From positions 66,257 to 130,256 of the forward strand of contig JBCBTI010000001.1 of the NCBI GenBank assembly GCA_039818745.1: 64,000 bases of DNA. Reading direction: 5' to 3'. Shown here in pieces: positions 38,846 through 49,155 of the stretch. The first letter of the stretch is position 1. The number at the start of each line of letters is the position of its first letter. The notes beneath the pieces are model-generated. The model had not been told where the DNA came from and searched no databases. It saw only the letters and a program-made list of their open reading frames with translations. Origin of the DNA: Cyanobacteria bacterium J06638_7. Lineage in GTDB: Bacteria > Cyanobacteriota > Cyanobacteriia > PCC-6307 > Cyanobiaceae. A program made the translations under genes and the position numbers.

Positions 38846-39613
38846 GTGGAGCGCCAGGATCAGTCGGCGCCGGTTCCGGGCCAGGACCTGCCCGCCCCCT
38901 ACCAGGATCCCTGGACGCTGCTGGGTCGCGACCTGCGCGCCCTGGCGGCCACGGGGCGGCTGGCGCTCTGGGAGCTGACACGGCGCAACCGGCAGGGGGA
39001 GCTGGCGGTTCCGGTCTTCTGGCCTCACCGGCTGCGCCCCTGGTTCTGGCCCCTGGCGCTCAGCCTGGGGCTGGCCGCGGTGTTGGCCCTGGTGCTCGTG
39101 CTGGCGCCGCTGCGCCCCCACCGGCGTCCGCCCCCTGTCTCCGCACCGCCCCCGGCAAGGCCAGCAGCGGCGTCTGAAGCGGGCGAGCCGGCCCAGCCGA
39201 GCGCCACACCCGCGAGCCCGATCCCGGCGGCGGCGGCGACGCCCGGTCCAGGCGCGCAGGCGCAGGCCGATGCTGCCGCCGAGCTCCCCGGCCCGGAGCT
39301 GTCCCCCCCCGAAGCCCTGCCCGATCCCCTGCTGCACCTGCTGGCGCCGGCCGATCCGCAGCGCTTGATCCAGAGCCTGCGGGCCCTGCCTGAGCGCAGC
39401 TGCCTGATGCTGCAACTGGCGCCGTCGTTCGCGGCACTGCGTCCTGAAGCGCAGCAGCGGCAGGCCGAGGACTGGCTGGCCAAGGCCCGGGAGCTGGGCT
39501 ACGAGCGGCTGGAGCTGGGCGATGGTTCGGGCCGGCTGCTGGGCCGAACCGCCCGGGTGGGCTCAGGCATGATCCTGCTCAGCCCAGCGGCCCCAGCAGC
39601 AGATGCCCCTTGA
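38846..39613 (+). CDS. hypothetical membrane protein with Pro/Ala-rich linker
   Basis: 255 aa with a GTG start. One TM helix (WFWPLALSLGLAAVLALVLVLAPL), a low-complexity PA-rich spacer and a C-terminal globular part. It overlaps the murF start by 11 nt. Confidence 0.45.
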   Translation: MERQDQSAPVPGQDLPAPYQDPWTLLGRDLRALAATGRLALWELTRRNRQGELAVPVFWPHRLRPWFWPLALSLGLAAVLALVLVLAPLRPHRRPPPVSAPPPARPAAASEAGEPAQPSATPASPIPAAAATPGPGAQAQADAAAELPGPELSPPEALPDPLLHLLAPADPQRLIQSLRALPERSCLMLQLAPSFAALRPEAQQRQAEDWLAKARELGYERLELGDGSGRLLGRTARVGSGMILLSPAAPAADAP

Positions 39614-41003
39614 TCTCCAGCAGGTTCAGCGGCTCTGGGGTGAACCGCTCACCCCCTGGTCGGCCGGGGAATCCGCCTCCCCGCTGCAGGTCAGCACCGA
39701 CAGCCGCAGCCTGCCCCCTGCGGCGCTGTTCGTGGCCCTGGTGGGCGAACACTTCGACGGGCACCGTTTTCTGGATCAGGCCCTGGCGGCGGGCAGCCGC
39801 GCCCTGGTGGCGCAGCGGCACCGGCTGGATGCCGCTGCCCTGGCCTCGCTGCAGCAGGCGGCGCTGGCTGCAGGGGCGGCCCTCTGGCTGGTGGACGACA
39901 CGCTGGCGGCCTACCGGGACCTGGGGCGCCTGTGGCGCGATGGCCTCAGGGCCCCGGTGGTGGCCGTGACCGGCTCGGCCGGCAAAACCAGCACCCGTGA
40001 GCTGATCCGCGCCGTGCTCGCTCCCCTGGGCCCTGTGCTGGCCTCGAGCGGCAACGAGAACAATGATGTGGGCGTGCCGCTCACCCTGCTGCGGGCCACC
40101 GCCGAGCACAGCGCCCTGGTGGTGGAGATGGGCATGCGCGGTCTGGGGGAGATCGAACGGCTCAGCCTCTGCGCCCGCCCCGACGTGGCGGTGATCACCA
40201 ACATCGGCACGGCCCACATCGGCCGCCTCGGCAGCCGCGAGGGGATCGCCACGGCCAAGTGCGAGATCGTCACCGGTCTCAGGCCCGATGGCGTGGTGGT
40301 GATCCCGGCCGGAGATCCCCTGCTCGATGCCGGTCTGGCCCGGGTCTGGAACGGGCGGGTGCGGCGGGTGGCCCTGGCGGGGGATCCGGGAGCGTCCGAG
40401 GCCGACTGCTGCGGCGTTGTCGATCCGGCTGCAGCCACCCTGGCGGTGGCCGGCGTGCGCCTGCCGCTGCCCCTGGCGGGGCGCCACCAGGCCCGCAATC
40501 TGATGCTGGCCCTGGCGGTGGCCGAGGAGGTGGGGCTGCCACCCGCCCGCTGGCGGCCTCTGGCGGTGGCCCTGCCCGGCGGCCGCAGCCGGCGGCTCGA
40601 GAGGGCCGGGCTGACGATCCTCGATGAGACCTACAACGCCTCGCCGGAGGCGGTGCTGGCGGCTCTGGAGCTGCTCGCCGCAGAGCCCGCCGGCCACCGC
40701 TACGCCGTGCTGGGCACCATGCTGGAGCTCGGTGAGCAGAGCGTGGAGCTGCATCGCCAGGTGGCTGAGCGGGCGGCGGAGCTGGGCCTCGACGGCCTCG
40801 TGCTGGTGGTGGGACCGGCCGAGGGCAGCGCCATGGCCAGCGCCGCGGCGGCCCTCGAGCGAGTTGCCCTGGTGGAGACTCCCGAACAGGCGGCCGAGCC
40901 CCTGCGGCGCTGGCTCGAGCGCGGCGATGTGGTGCTGCTCAAGGGCAGCCGTGGTCTTGCCCTGGAGCGCTTGCTGCCGCTGCTGGACGCCTTCATCCTG
41001 TAG
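39603..41003 (+). CDS. murF: UDP-N-acetylmuramoyl-tripeptide--D-alanyl-D-alanine ligase
   Basis: 466 aa. Mur ligase P-loop VTGSAGKTSTRE, DETYNASPEA and the GTMLELG motif. Confidence 0.9.
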   Translation: MPLDLQQVQRLWGEPLTPWSAGESASPLQVSTDSRSLPPAALFVALVGEHFDGHRFLDQALAAGSRALVAQRHRLDAAALASLQQAALAAGAALWLVDDTLAAYRDLGRLWRDGLRAPVVAVTGSAGKTSTRELIRAVLAPLGPVLASSGNENNDVGVPLTLLRATAEHSALVVEMGMRGLGEIERLSLCARPDVAVITNIGTAHIGRLGSREGIATAKCEIVTGLRPDGVVVIPAGDPLLDAGLARVWNGRVRRVALAGDPGASEADCCGVVDPAAATLAVAGVRLPLPLAGRHQARNLMLALAVAEEVGLPPARWRPLAVALPGGRSRRLERAGLTILDETYNASPEAVLAALELLAAEPAGHRYAVLGTMLELGEQSVELHRQVAERAAELGLDGLVLVVGPAEGSAMASAAAALERVALVETPEQAAEPLRRWLERGDVVLLKGSRGLALERLLPLLDAFIL

Positions 41004-41024
41004 GGGTTCTGCCCGTAGGCCGCC

Positions 41025-41693
41025 GTGCTCCTGAATCTTAAGCAACGTCTGCAATCGCTGCGGATGGTGGCCGGGCTGGCCCAGTTCCTGCAGAACCCGG
41101 ACAGCCTCGACAGCGTGTTCGCGGTGGCCCGGGGCCTGCAGAACAGCCCGCTCTCGGCCCAGATGTTTCGCCACCTGCTGGCGGATCCGGCCCTGGCTGA
41201 GCTGGTGAGGCAGGGCTGGCGGCCGCCAGCGATCGATCTCGATGCCCTCGACCAGCTGCCGCCCGGCAGCCTGGGCCGGGTCTACGCCCAGCAGCTGCGC
41301 AGCCAGGGCCTCAGCCCCGAAAGCCTGATCGATCCCAGTCCGATCACCTCGCCCGAGCAGTTCGTGGTGCACCGCTTGCGCGAAACTCACGACATCGTGC
41401 ATGTGCTCACGGGCTTCGGCACCGATGGCGCCGGTGAGCTCGGTCTGCAGGCCTTCAACCTGGCCCAGAACCGATCCCCCCTGGCGGCGATGCTGATCTT
41501 CGGAGGAATCCTCAAGGCCCTGCAGGAGGATGAACCGCTCGAACCGCTGCTGAGATCGCTGGCGCGCGGCTTCGAACTGGGCCTGCGCTCGCCCTGCCTG
41601 ATCGCCCAGAAACTGGAGGAGGGCTGGCAGCGGCCGCTGAGCGACTGGCAGGATCAGCTGGGGCTGCCTCTGGAGCAGCCGGCGCTCGGCTAG
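41025..41693 (+). CDS. Coq4 family protein
   Basis: 222 aa with a GTG start. [28 protein letters not shown] contains the Coq4 HDxxH-x11-E putative zinc motif. Its stop TAG shares the CTAG tetranucleotide with the convergent glmU stop. Confidence 0.7.
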   Translation: MLLNLKQRLQSLRMVAGLAQFLQNPDSLDSVFAVARGLQNSPLSAQMFRHLLADPALAELVRQGWRPPAIDLDALDQLPPGSLGRVYAQQLRSQGLSPESLIDPSPITSPEQFVVHRLRETHDIVHVLTGFGTDGAGELGLQAFNLAQNRSPLAAMLIFGGILKALQEDEPLEPLLRSLARGFELGLRSPCLIAQKLEEGWQRPLSDWQDQLGLPLEQPALG

Positions 41694-43039
41694 CGCGGAC
41701 CACTCCAGTTCTCCTTCACCAGCTGACGGGCGCGCCCGAGCGCCAGGGCGCCGCTGGGAACATCGCGGGTGAGGGTGGAGCCAGCTCCCACCGTGACGTC
41801 GCTGCCGAGGCTGATCGGGGCCACCAGCACGGAGTTGGCGCCGGTTTTGCTTCCCGCGCCGATGGCGGTGCGGTGCTTGCGCACGCCGTCGTAGTTGGCG
41901 GTGACCGTGCCGGCGCCCACGTTCACCCGCGCGCCCAGATCGGCGTCGCCGATGTAGCTGAGGTGGTTCACCTTCACCTCGCTGGCCAGCTCACTGTTCT
42001 TGATCTCCACGAAGTTGCCCACATGGCAGCCGGCCCCCAGCCTGGTGCCGGGCCGAAGCTGGGTGAAGGGCCCGATCGAGCAGGCCTCGCCGACCTGGGC
42101 CTGGCGCAGCACCGCATGCAGCACCTGGCAGCCGTCGCCCAGCTCACTGTCCTCGATCAGGCAGCCCGGACCGATCTGGCAGCCCGCCCCGATGCGGTTG
42201 CGGCCCCGGAAGTGGCACTGGGGTTCGATCACCACATCGCGGCCGAAGCGGCAGTCATCACTGAGGGTGCAGCTGGCCGGATCGGTAAAGGTGACACCTT
42301 CGGCCATCCAGTGCCGCCGCAGCCGTTGCTGCAGCGCCGCCTCGCACTGGCTGAGCTGCAGGCGGTCGTTGATGCCGCCGATCTCCTCGCTGTCGGCCAC
42401 CTCCAGGTGCAGGGCCGGCTGCAGCAGGGCCACGCTGTCGGTGAGGTAGAGCTCGCCCTGATCGTTATCACTGCGCAGCTGCGGCAGCACAGCCGCCAGC
42501 TGGCGCCAGTTGAAGCAGTAGATGCCGGCGTTGATCAGGGTGTTGAGCCGCTCGCTCGCGCTGCAGTCGCGATGCTCCACGATCGCGCTCACGCGGCCGT
42601 CGCCATCGGCGAACACCCGCCCGTAGCCGGCGGGATCGGCGAGTCGGGCCGTGAGCAGGGTCACCCCTGCCCCGCTGCTGCGGTGGCGCTGCAGCAGCTG
42701 CTCCAGGGTGGCGGCCCGCAGCAGCGGCACGTCGCCGTTGAGCACCAGCAGATCGCCTTCGAAATCCACCAGGGGCGCCAGCAGCTGCTGCACGGCATGG
42801 CCGGTGCCGAGCTGGGGCTGCTGCAGCACGAATTCCAGATCCCGGTGCCCCGCCAGCGACTGCTCAACCCGCTCGGCCTGATGGCCCACGATCAGCAGCC
42901 GTCGCTGGGGTTGCAGCGCCTCGCAGCTGGACAGCACCCGCTCCACCAGAGTGGCTCCCGCCAGGGGCTGGAGCACCTTGGGCAGAGCGCTCTTCATGCG
43001 GGTGCCCTTTCCGGCGGCCAGCACAGCAACGGCGAGCAT
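41690..43039 (-). CDS. glmU: bifunctional UDP-N-acetylglucosamine pyrophosphorylase / glucosamine-1-phosphate N-acetyltransferase
   Basis: Internal ATG 43039 gives 449 aa. [23 protein letters not shown] (LxxGxGTRM) followed by left-handed beta-helix hexapeptide repeats. The upstream 137 aa of the track ORF is an artefact. Confidence 0.93.
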   Translation of the reverse strand: MLAVAVLAAGKGTRMKSALPKVLQPLAGATLVERVLSSCEALQPQRRLLIVGHQAERVEQSLAGHRDLEFVLQQPQLGTGHAVQQLLAPLVDFEGDLLVLNGDVPLLRAATLEQLLQRHRSSGAGVTLLTARLADPAGYGRVFADGDGRVSAIVEHRDCSASERLNTLINAGIYCFNWRQLAAVLPQLRSDNDQGELYLTDSVALLQPALHLEVADSEEIGGINDRLQLSQCEAALQQRLRRHWMAEGVTFTDPASCTLSDDCRFGRDVVIEPQCHFRGRNRIGAGCQIGPGCLIEDSELGDGCQVLHAVLRQAQVGEACSIGPFTQLRPGTRLGAGCHVGNFVEIKNSELASEVKVNHLSYIGDADLGARVNVGAGTVTANYDGVRKHRTAIGAGSKTGANSVLVAPISLGSDVTVGAGSTLTRDVPSGALALGRARQLVKENWSGPR

Positions 43040-43067
43040 CAGCGGCAGGGGACGGCTGGGCGGGAAT

Positions 43068-44036
43068 CTAGGTGGGCTCGGCGCTGGCTTCCGCAACGGC
43101 CGTGCCCCGCGGCTGCAGCTGCCAGCGGCGCCGCCAGGCACTGGTGGAGCCGGCAGCGCTGGCGGCCTGAGCCCGCTGCCGGGCGGCCAGGATCTCGACG
43201 CTGCTCCCCTGGCCGTCAGGGTCGCGGTAGGGCTCCGCGGCCCTGGTGCCGAGGTGCTCGATCTCCATCGCCGTGAGCGGCTGCAGCGCTCCGACGAAGC
43301 TATCGGCTCCGAGGATCGGCGAGGGACTGGCAGCGGTGCCGAAACTCCACAGCGGACCGGGCTGGGGGCGGATCGAGGCCAGATGCAGACCCACCAGCTG
43401 CAGAGCGGCGCGCACGGCCGCAGCGCAGCTGTAGGTGAGCAGCAGGCCATCGGGCCTCAGCAGCCGGGCCAGGGCAGCGAGAAACTCCAGGCTCCACAGC
43501 TGGGGGCAGCGGCGGGGCGAGAAGGCATCGAGCAGCACCAGATCGCAGCCGCCCGCCCGAGCGTGGCCCTCCAGCAGGTCGTTCACACGCCGGCGGGCAT
43601 CGCCCCAGAGGAGCCGGGCGGTGCTGACGGGCTGCTGGCTGCCCCGCCAGCGGCCCTGCTCCAGCAGGGCGGCCAGCATGGCCATGGTGTGAGGCTGCCA
43701 CTGCTGGCGGAAGGCCGCCGCCGCCATGGCCTGGCGCAGCGGCTGCCGGTCCAGTTCCAGCCCCCAGATCTGCAGCCTCAGATGGCGGCCTGACGCCGCT
43801 TCCAGCAGGGCGGCGCTGTTGGTGCCGAGCCCGAAGCCCACATCCACCACCTGGAGCTGGTCGCCAGCGCTGAAGCGCTCCAGCCGGGCCGGGAGCACGA
43901 CTTTGCAGCGGGCTTCCTCCAGGGCGCCGGCCGGTGAGTGAAAGCCCTCGCCGTAGGTTTCGCTCCAGAGGCTGAAGCTCCCGTCGGCGCCGAAGCGCGG
44001 CCGTAGGCCCTCAGCGGCGCAGGCGGGTGAGGTCAT
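43068..44036 (-). CDS. MnmC/MnmD-like SAM-dependent methyltransferase (tRNA mnm5s2U family, tentative)
   Basis: 322 aa. [12 protein letters not shown] (SAM motif I) and [22 protein letters not shown], which resembles the DAxFxDGFxPxxNPxxW signature of the MnmC methyltransferase domain. It overlaps the aroA 3' end by 26 nt. Confidence 0.6.
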   Translation of the reverse strand: MTSPACAAEGLRPRFGADGSFSLWSETYGEGFHSPAGALEEARCKVVLPARLERFSAGDQLQVVDVGFGLGTNSAALLEAASGRHLRLQIWGLELDRQPLRQAMAAAAFRQQWQPHTMAMLAALLEQGRWRGSQQPVSTARLLWGDARRRVNDLLEGHARAGGCDLVLLDAFSPRRCPQLWSLEFLAALARLLRPDGLLLTYSCAAAVRAALQLVGLHLASIRPQPGPLWSFGTAASPSPILGADSFVGALQPLTAMEIEHLGTRAAEPYRDPDGQGSSVEILAARQRAQAASAAGSTSAWRRRWQLQPRGTAVAEASAEPT

Positions 44037-45336
44037 CCCAGAAGTGCGGATAGGACACTGCAGCCGCTTCGGGCCGGTGCAGAGTGGTGCTGCCGCGGGC
44101 CACCGCCGCCGCCACCGCCAGGCTCATGGCCACCCGGTGATCGGTCTCGCTGTCCACCTCGGCGCCGTGCAGATCGGTGCTGCCGCTGATGGCCATGCCG
44201 TCCGCGAAGACCTCGATGCGGGCCCCCATCGCTCCCAGCTGGCGGGTCATCACTGCCAGCCGGTCGGTTTCCTTCACCCGCAGCTCGGCCGCGTCGCTGA
44301 TGCGGCTGACACCGCTGGCGCAGCAGGCGGCCACGGCCAGCACCGGGATCTCGTCCACCAGGCGCGGAATCAGCTCGCCGCCGATCGCGAAGGCCTGCAG
44401 CGGTCCATGGCTCACGTGCAGATCGCCCACGGGCTCACCCGCCACATCACGGCGGTTCAGCACCTCCAGCCGGGCGCCCATCTGTGCCAGCACCTCCAGG
44501 ATGCCGGTGCGGCTGGGATTGAGGCCCACGTTCTCCACTGTCAGTTCGGCGCTGGGGGTGATGGCTGCGGCCACCAGCCAGAAGGCGGCCGAGCTGATGT
44601 CCCCCGGCACGATCACGCTCTGGCCGCGCAGGCGGGCTCCCGGGTTGAGGGTGACCCGGGTGTGACCGGGGCCGCTCACCTCCAGCTGGGCGCCGAAGGC
44701 CTGCAGCATGCGTTCGCTGTGGTCGCGGCTGCGGGCCGGCTCAACCACGGTGGTGGGTCCTTCGGCGCTGAGGCCGGCCAGCAGCAGAGCGCTCTTCACC
44801 TGGGCGGAGGCCACCGGCGTGTGGATCGTGGTGCCGCGCAGCGGCTGGCCCAGCACCGCCAGCGGGGCGAAGTTGCCAGAGCCGCGGCCATGGATCAGGG
44901 CGCCCATCTGGGTCAGCGGCGCGCCCACTCGCCGCATCGGCCGCGCCCGCAGGGATCTGTCGCCGCTGAGCACGAAATGGCGTTCCGCCCGGCCCGCCAG
45001 TAGGCCCAGCATCAGGCGCATGGTGGTGCCGGAATTGCCGCAGTCGAGCACTTCCTCCGGCTCCCGAAATCCATCGAGCCCCACACCCTCCACCTGAACC
45101 ACCGCGCCGGCGCCGATCTCCGACACCCTTACCCCCAGCGCCCGCAGGCAGGCTGCGGTGCTGAGGGGGTCCTCGGCGGGCAGCAGCCCCTCGATGCGGG
45201 TGGTGCCCTCGGCGATCGCCCCGAACAGCAGCGCCCGGTGGGAGATGGATTTATCCCCCGGCACCCTCACCGTTCCCTGCAGGCTGCCGCCGCCGCTCAG
45301 GTGCAGGGGGCTTGAGGCGGCGCTGAACTCAGCCAC
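44011..45336 (-). CDS. aroA: 3-phosphoshikimate 1-carboxyvinyltransferase (EPSP synthase)
   Basis: 441 aa with a GTG start. [29 protein letters not shown] and the RVKETDRL motif. Confidence 0.95.
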   Translation of the reverse strand: MAEFSAASSPLHLSGGGSLQGTVRVPGDKSISHRALLFGAIAEGTTRIEGLLPAEDPLSTAACLRALGVRVSEIGAGAVVQVEGVGLDGFREPEEVLDCGNSGTTMRLMLGLLAGRAERHFVLSGDRSLRARPMRRVGAPLTQMGALIHGRGSGNFAPLAVLGQPLRGTTIHTPVASAQVKSALLLAGLSAEGPTTVVEPARSRDHSERMLQAFGAQLEVSGPGHTRVTLNPGARLRGQSVIVPGDISSAAFWLVAAAITPSAELTVENVGLNPSRTGILEVLAQMGARLEVLNRRDVAGEPVGDLHVSHGPLQAFAIGGELIPRLVDEIPVLAVAACCASGVSRISDAAELRVKETDRLAVMTRQLGAMGARIEVFADGMAISGSTDLHGAEVDSETDHRVAMSLAVAAAVARGSTTLHRPEAAAVSYPHFWDDLTRLRR

Positions 45337-45388
45337 GGGCAGGGGGCGCTGGTGCGGCGATCCTATGGATCCTGCGCTTGCGGCTCAC

Positions 45389-45859
45389 TCAGCCCAGCAG
45401 CAGGCCGCCCTCGCTGCCGGCGCTGGCCTCGGCGCTGCGCAGATCGAACAGCAGTTCCGCCAGGGTGAGATCCTCCAGAGCCTGCTGGCGGGCCCGTTCC
45501 AGGCGCCGCTGCAGGGCCCCTGTGACCGTATCGGCGGCCGAGGCCTGGGGGTCGGCGGCTGCACCTGGGCGGGAGGACTGTCTACCGCCCAGGGCGGAGT
45601 GGCCGCTGGCTTCCCCCAGGGCCGCCAGCACCGCCGCCACAGTGATGCGGCCCGGCTCCAGGGCCAGCCGGTAGCCCCCCATCCGCCCCCGCCGAGCGTC
45701 CAGCAGGCCGGCGCGCCGCAACTGCAGCAGCAGTTGCTCAAGCATCGGCTGCGGCAACCGCTGGGCTGCCGCCAGGGCATGGGTGGAGCGCCACTGGGCT
45801 GGATCCCCCGCCAGTTCCAGCAGAGCCTTGAGAGCGTGGCAGCCCTGCCGACTGAGCAT
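45389..45859 (-). CDS. Rrf2 family transcriptional regulator
   Basis: Internal ATG 45859 gives 156 aa. MLSRQGCHALKALLELA...LPQPMLEQLLLQLRRAGLLDARRGRMGGYRLA is an Rrf2 winged helix. It lacks the three-Cys cluster of Fe-S-binding members. The start lies 1 nt after the ubiD stop. Confidence 0.75.
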   Translation of the reverse strand: MLSRQGCHALKALLELAGDPAQWRSTHALAAAQRLPQPMLEQLLLQLRRAGLLDARRGRMGGYRLALEPGRITVAAVLAALGEASGHSALGGRQSSRPGAAADPQASAADTVTGALQRRLERARQQALEDLTLAELLFDLRSAEASAGSEGGLLLG

Positions 45860-45860
45860 C

Positions 45861-47435
45861 TCAGCGGCCGCTCGCCCCAGCCGCCGCGGCTGCGCCGGCC
45901 AGGCGGGTGAGCACGTGCTCGAGGGTGTAACCGAACAGGGCCGGATCCGGTGGCTGGCGGCCGATGTCGGCCAGGCCCAGCTCCTGCCAGCGGGAGTCGA
46001 TGCGGGCTTCCAGCTCGGCGGGCCGCTGCAGAGGTTCACCCCAGGGATGGCGTTTCTCCGGCCCGATCTTGGTGGTGGCATCGATGGCCAGGCGGCCACC
46101 GAGGCCGAGCCGTTCGCTGGCGAAATCGAGCGAATCAAAAGGAGTGTCCTCGAGCACGAACAGATCCCGCTGGGGATCCACCAGGGCGCTGATGGCCCAG
46201 ATCACCTGGCGCGGATCCCGGATGTTGATCGCCTTGTCCACCACCACCACGAACTTCGTGTAGGTGAACTGGGGCAGGGCCGTCCAGAAGGCCATCGCCG
46301 CCCGCTTCGCCTGGCCGGGGAAGGCCTTGTCGATGGCGATCACGGCCAGCTTGTAGCTGAGCCCCTCCATCGGCAGGAAGAAGTCGACGATCTCGGGGAT
46401 CTGCTGCCGCAGGATCGGCGTGTAGATGCGGTTCAGGGCGATCGCCAGCATGGCGTCCTCCTTGGGGGGACGGCCGCTGAAGGTGGTGAAGTAGATCGGG
46501 TTGCGGCGCTGGGTCACGCACTGGAAGCGCACCAGCGGCGAGGGCTCCACGCCGCCGTAGAAGCCCATGTGGTCACCGAAGGGGCCGTCGGCCAGCTCCT
46601 CGCCGGGGGTGATGGTGCCTTCGAGCACCACTTCGCTGTGGCTGGGCACCTCGAGGTTCACCGTCTTGCACCTGGCCAGCCGCACGCCCTCGCCGGCGTA
46701 GATGCCCGCGAACAGCCATTCGCTCAGCTGCACCGGGATCGGTGTGGCCGCCGCCATCACCAGCAGGGGGTGCACGCCGATGGCGATGGCGATCTCCAGC
46801 TTCCTGCCCAGGGCCGCCGCCTTGCGCAGGTGGCGGGCGCCGCCGCGCACGCTCAGCCAGTGCACCGTCATCGTGTTGATCGACTGCTGCTGCAGCCGGT
46901 ACACGCCCACGTTGGGGGTGCCGGTTTCGGGGTCCTTGGTGATCACCAGCCCCAGGGTGATGATCCGGCCGCCATCGCCCGGCCAGGGGCGCAGCAGCGG
47001 GATGGCATCGAGGTTCACGTCCGCGCCCTTGAACACCTGCTGCCGGCAGGGCGGAGTCAGATCCCGATCCGGCCTGGCCCTGAGCACGTCGAGCAGCACC
47101 GAACCGAAGCGCACCGCCTCCCGCGCCCCCTTGGGTGGCCGGGGCTGCTGCAGCAGGGCCAGGCGTTCCCCCAGGGCTTCCAGTTCTTCGGGCCGCTCCA
47201 TGCCCATGCTCCAGAGCACCCGCGCCTGGGTGCCGAGCAGGTTGATGGCCACCGGCATCGTGGAGCCGATCACGTTCTCGAACAGCAGCGCCGGCCCGCC
47301 GGCCGCCAGCACCCGGTCGGCGATCGCCGCCAGTTCCAGGTCGGGATCCACCGGCGCGCTGATGCGCCGCAGCTGGCCGCGCTGCTCGAGCAGCTTCAGA
47401 AAGCGGCGCAGATCACGCCCCTGCTTGATCGCCAC
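45861..47435 (-). CDS. ubiD: UbiD family decarboxylase (4-hydroxy-3-polyprenylbenzoate decarboxylase type)
   Basis: From GTG 47435 it reads VAIKQGRDLRRFLKLLEQRGQLRRISAPVDPDLELAAIADRV, which parallels the E. coli UbiD N-terminus (DLRDFLTLLEQQGELKRI). Later motifs include ITLGLVITKDPETG and GNVGVYR-like sequences. The upstream 250 aa of the track ORF runs antisense to comB and is an artefact. Confidence 0.88.
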   Translation of the reverse strand: MAIKQGRDLRRFLKLLEQRGQLRRISAPVDPDLELAAIADRVLAAGGPALLFENVIGSTMPVAINLLGTQARVLWSMGMERPEELEALGERLALLQQPRPPKGAREAVRFGSVLLDVLRARPDRDLTPPCRQQVFKGADVNLDAIPLLRPWPGDGGRIITLGLVITKDPETGTPNVGVYRLQQQSINTMTVHWLSVRGGARHLRKAAALGRKLEIAIAIGVHPLLVMAAATPIPVQLSEWLFAGIYAGEGVRLARCKTVNLEVPSHSEVVLEGTITPGEELADGPFGDHMGFYGGVEPSPLVRFQCVTQRRNPIYFTTFSGRPPKEDAMLAIALNRIYTPILRQQIPEIVDFFLPMEGLSYKLAVIAIDKAFPGQAKRAAMAFWTALPQFTYTKFVVVVDKAINIRDPRQVIWAISALVDPQRDLFVLEDTPFDSLDFASERLGLGGRLAIDATTKIGPEKRHPWGEPLQRPAELEARIDSRWQELGLADIGRQPPDPALFGYTLEHVLTRLAGAAAAAGASGR

Positions 47436-47528
47436 TGGATGTCGCCTGCTCCTGGTGCGGGCCACTGTGGCGCAGGGCGTCCGGCACTGCTGACACACTG
47501 ATCCGGCCCGCGCCGGCCCCGCGCTTCC

Positions 47529-48284
47529 GTGCAGATCTCCTACTTCCACAGCTCCGAAACCGTCCCGCCACTGCGCGCCGTTGCCGAGGGAGGACCGGAT
47601 GCCGCCGTGGTGATCGACGTGCTCCGGGCCACCACCACGATCGCCTGGGCCCTGCACAACGGCGCCGAAGCGATCCAGGCCTTCGCCGATCTCCAGGCCC
47701 TCGAGGCCGCAGCGCGAAGCTGGCCGGCCGAGACCCGCCTGCGCGCCGGAGAGCGCGGCGGCCAGCGTCTGCAGGGCTACGACCTGGGCAATTCCCCCCT
47801 GGCCGTGACTCCCGAGCGGGTGGGGGGCAAGCGCATCTTCCTCAGCACCACCAACGGCACCCGTTCCCTGGCGGCAGTGCAGCAGGTGCCGCTGCTGCTC
47901 ACCGCCTGTCTGCCGAACCGCACGGCGGTGGCCCGGCTGCTGCTGCAGCGCGGCTGCCGGCGCGTGTGGCTCCTGGGCAGCGGCTGGGAGGGGGCCTATT
48001 CGCTGGAGGACAGCCTGGCCGCCGGAGCGGTGGCCTCGGCGGCCACGGAACAGGCCGTGGCCGCCCAGGTGGAGGTGCAGTTCAGCAACGACGAAATGCT
48101 GGCCGCCATGGCGCTGTGGCAGCAGTGGCGCCACGACCCGGAAAGCTGCCTGCGGGTGTCCAGCCATGGCCAGCGGCTGATGGGGCTGGGCGACCATGAC
48201 GGTGACTTCGCCTGCTGCAGCGCGGTGGACACCCTGCAGGTGGTGCCGCTCCAGAGCGAGCCCGGCGTGCTGCGGGCCGACTGA
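47529..48284 (+). CDS. comB: 2-phosphosulfolactate phosphatase family protein
   Basis: 251 aa with a GTG start. [16 protein letters not shown] and [17 protein letters not shown] are typical ComB-family blocks. Confidence 0.8.
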   Translation: MQISYFHSSETVPPLRAVAEGGPDAAVVIDVLRATTTIAWALHNGAEAIQAFADLQALEAAARSWPAETRLRAGERGGQRLQGYDLGNSPLAVTPERVGGKRIFLSTTNGTRSLAAVQQVPLLLTACLPNRTAVARLLLQRGCRRVWLLGSGWEGAYSLEDSLAAGAVASAATEQAVAAQVEVQFSNDEMLAAMALWQQWRHDPESCLRVSSHGQRLMGLGDHDGDFACCSAVDTLQVVPLQSEPGVLRAD

Positions 48285-48327
48285 GGGCAGCTCCGATACA
48301 CTTCGCCCCTCCTGATCCGTCGACCTG

Positions 48328-49155
48328 GTGAGCAGCTATCTGGCGGCAGCTGTGCAACTCACCAGCACACCAGACCCTGACGCCAACTTCGCGGCCGCTG
48401 AGGAGCAGATCGAGCTCGCCGCCAGGCGCGGCGCGGAGCTGGTGGGCCTGCCCGAGAACTTCGCCTTCATGGGCGAGGACGCCCTGCGCCTGCAGCTGGC
48501 AGCGGAGCTGGCGCAGCGCTGCAGCCGGTTCCTGGTGACGATGGCCCGCCGCTACCAGGTGACGCTGCTGGGCGGAGGGTTCCCGGTGCCGGCCGGGGAT
48601 GGCCACACCCTCAACCGCGCTGAACTGGTGGGCACCGAGGGGCAGATGCTCGCCCGCTACGACAAGATCCACCTCTTCGACGTGGACCTGCCCGACGGCG
48701 ACACCTACCGAGAATCCGCCACCGTGCAGCCTGGCCGCGAGCTGCCGCCGGTGGTGACGGTGCCCGGTCTGGGCCGCATCGGCCTGTCGATCTGCTACGA
48801 CGTGCGCTTTCCCGAGCTCTATCGCCACCTGGCTGACGGTGGTGCCGACGTGCTGATGGTGCCGGCCGCGTTCACGGCCTTCACCGGCAAGGACCACTGG
48901 CAGGTGCTGCTGCAGGCGCGGGCGATCGAGAACACGGCCTATGTGCTGGCTCCGGCCCAGACCGGACTCCACTACGCCCGGCGCCAGACCCACGGCCATG
49001 CCCTGGTGATCGACCCCTGGGGCACGGTGCTGGCCGATGCCGGAGTCGCGCCCGGCCTGGCGGTGGCGCCCATCGACCCCCGCCATGGCCAGCGCGTGCG
49101 GGCCCAGATGCCCAGCCTCCAGCACCGCAGGCCTGCCCTGTTCTGCGTCCGCTGA
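48328..49155 (+). CDS. carbon-nitrogen hydrolase family protein (nitrilase/omega-amidase-like)
   Basis: 275 aa. Glu-Lys-Cys triad contexts LPENFAF, YDKIHLFD and GLSICYDVRFPE. Confidence 0.85.
   Translation: MSSYLAAAVQLTSTPDPDANFAAAEEQIELAARRGAELVGLPENFAFMGEDALRLQLAAELAQRCSRFLVTMARRYQVTLLGGGFPVPAGDGHTLNRAELVGTEGQMLARYDKIHLFDVDLPDGDTYRESATVQPGRELPPVVTVPGLGRIGLSICYDVRFPELYRHLADGGADVLMVPAAFTAFTGKDHWQVLLQARAIENTAYVLAPAQTGLHYARRQTHGHALVIDPWGTVLADAGVAPGLAVAPIDPRHGQRVRAQMPSLQHRRPALFCVR

Noticed and set aside
41690-41693. Coq4-like and glmU stop codons share the palindromic tetranucleotide CTAG, a convergent 4-nt overlap.
   Set aside because: Real, but a trivial consequence of tight packing. No hairpin or regulatory structure is associated with it.
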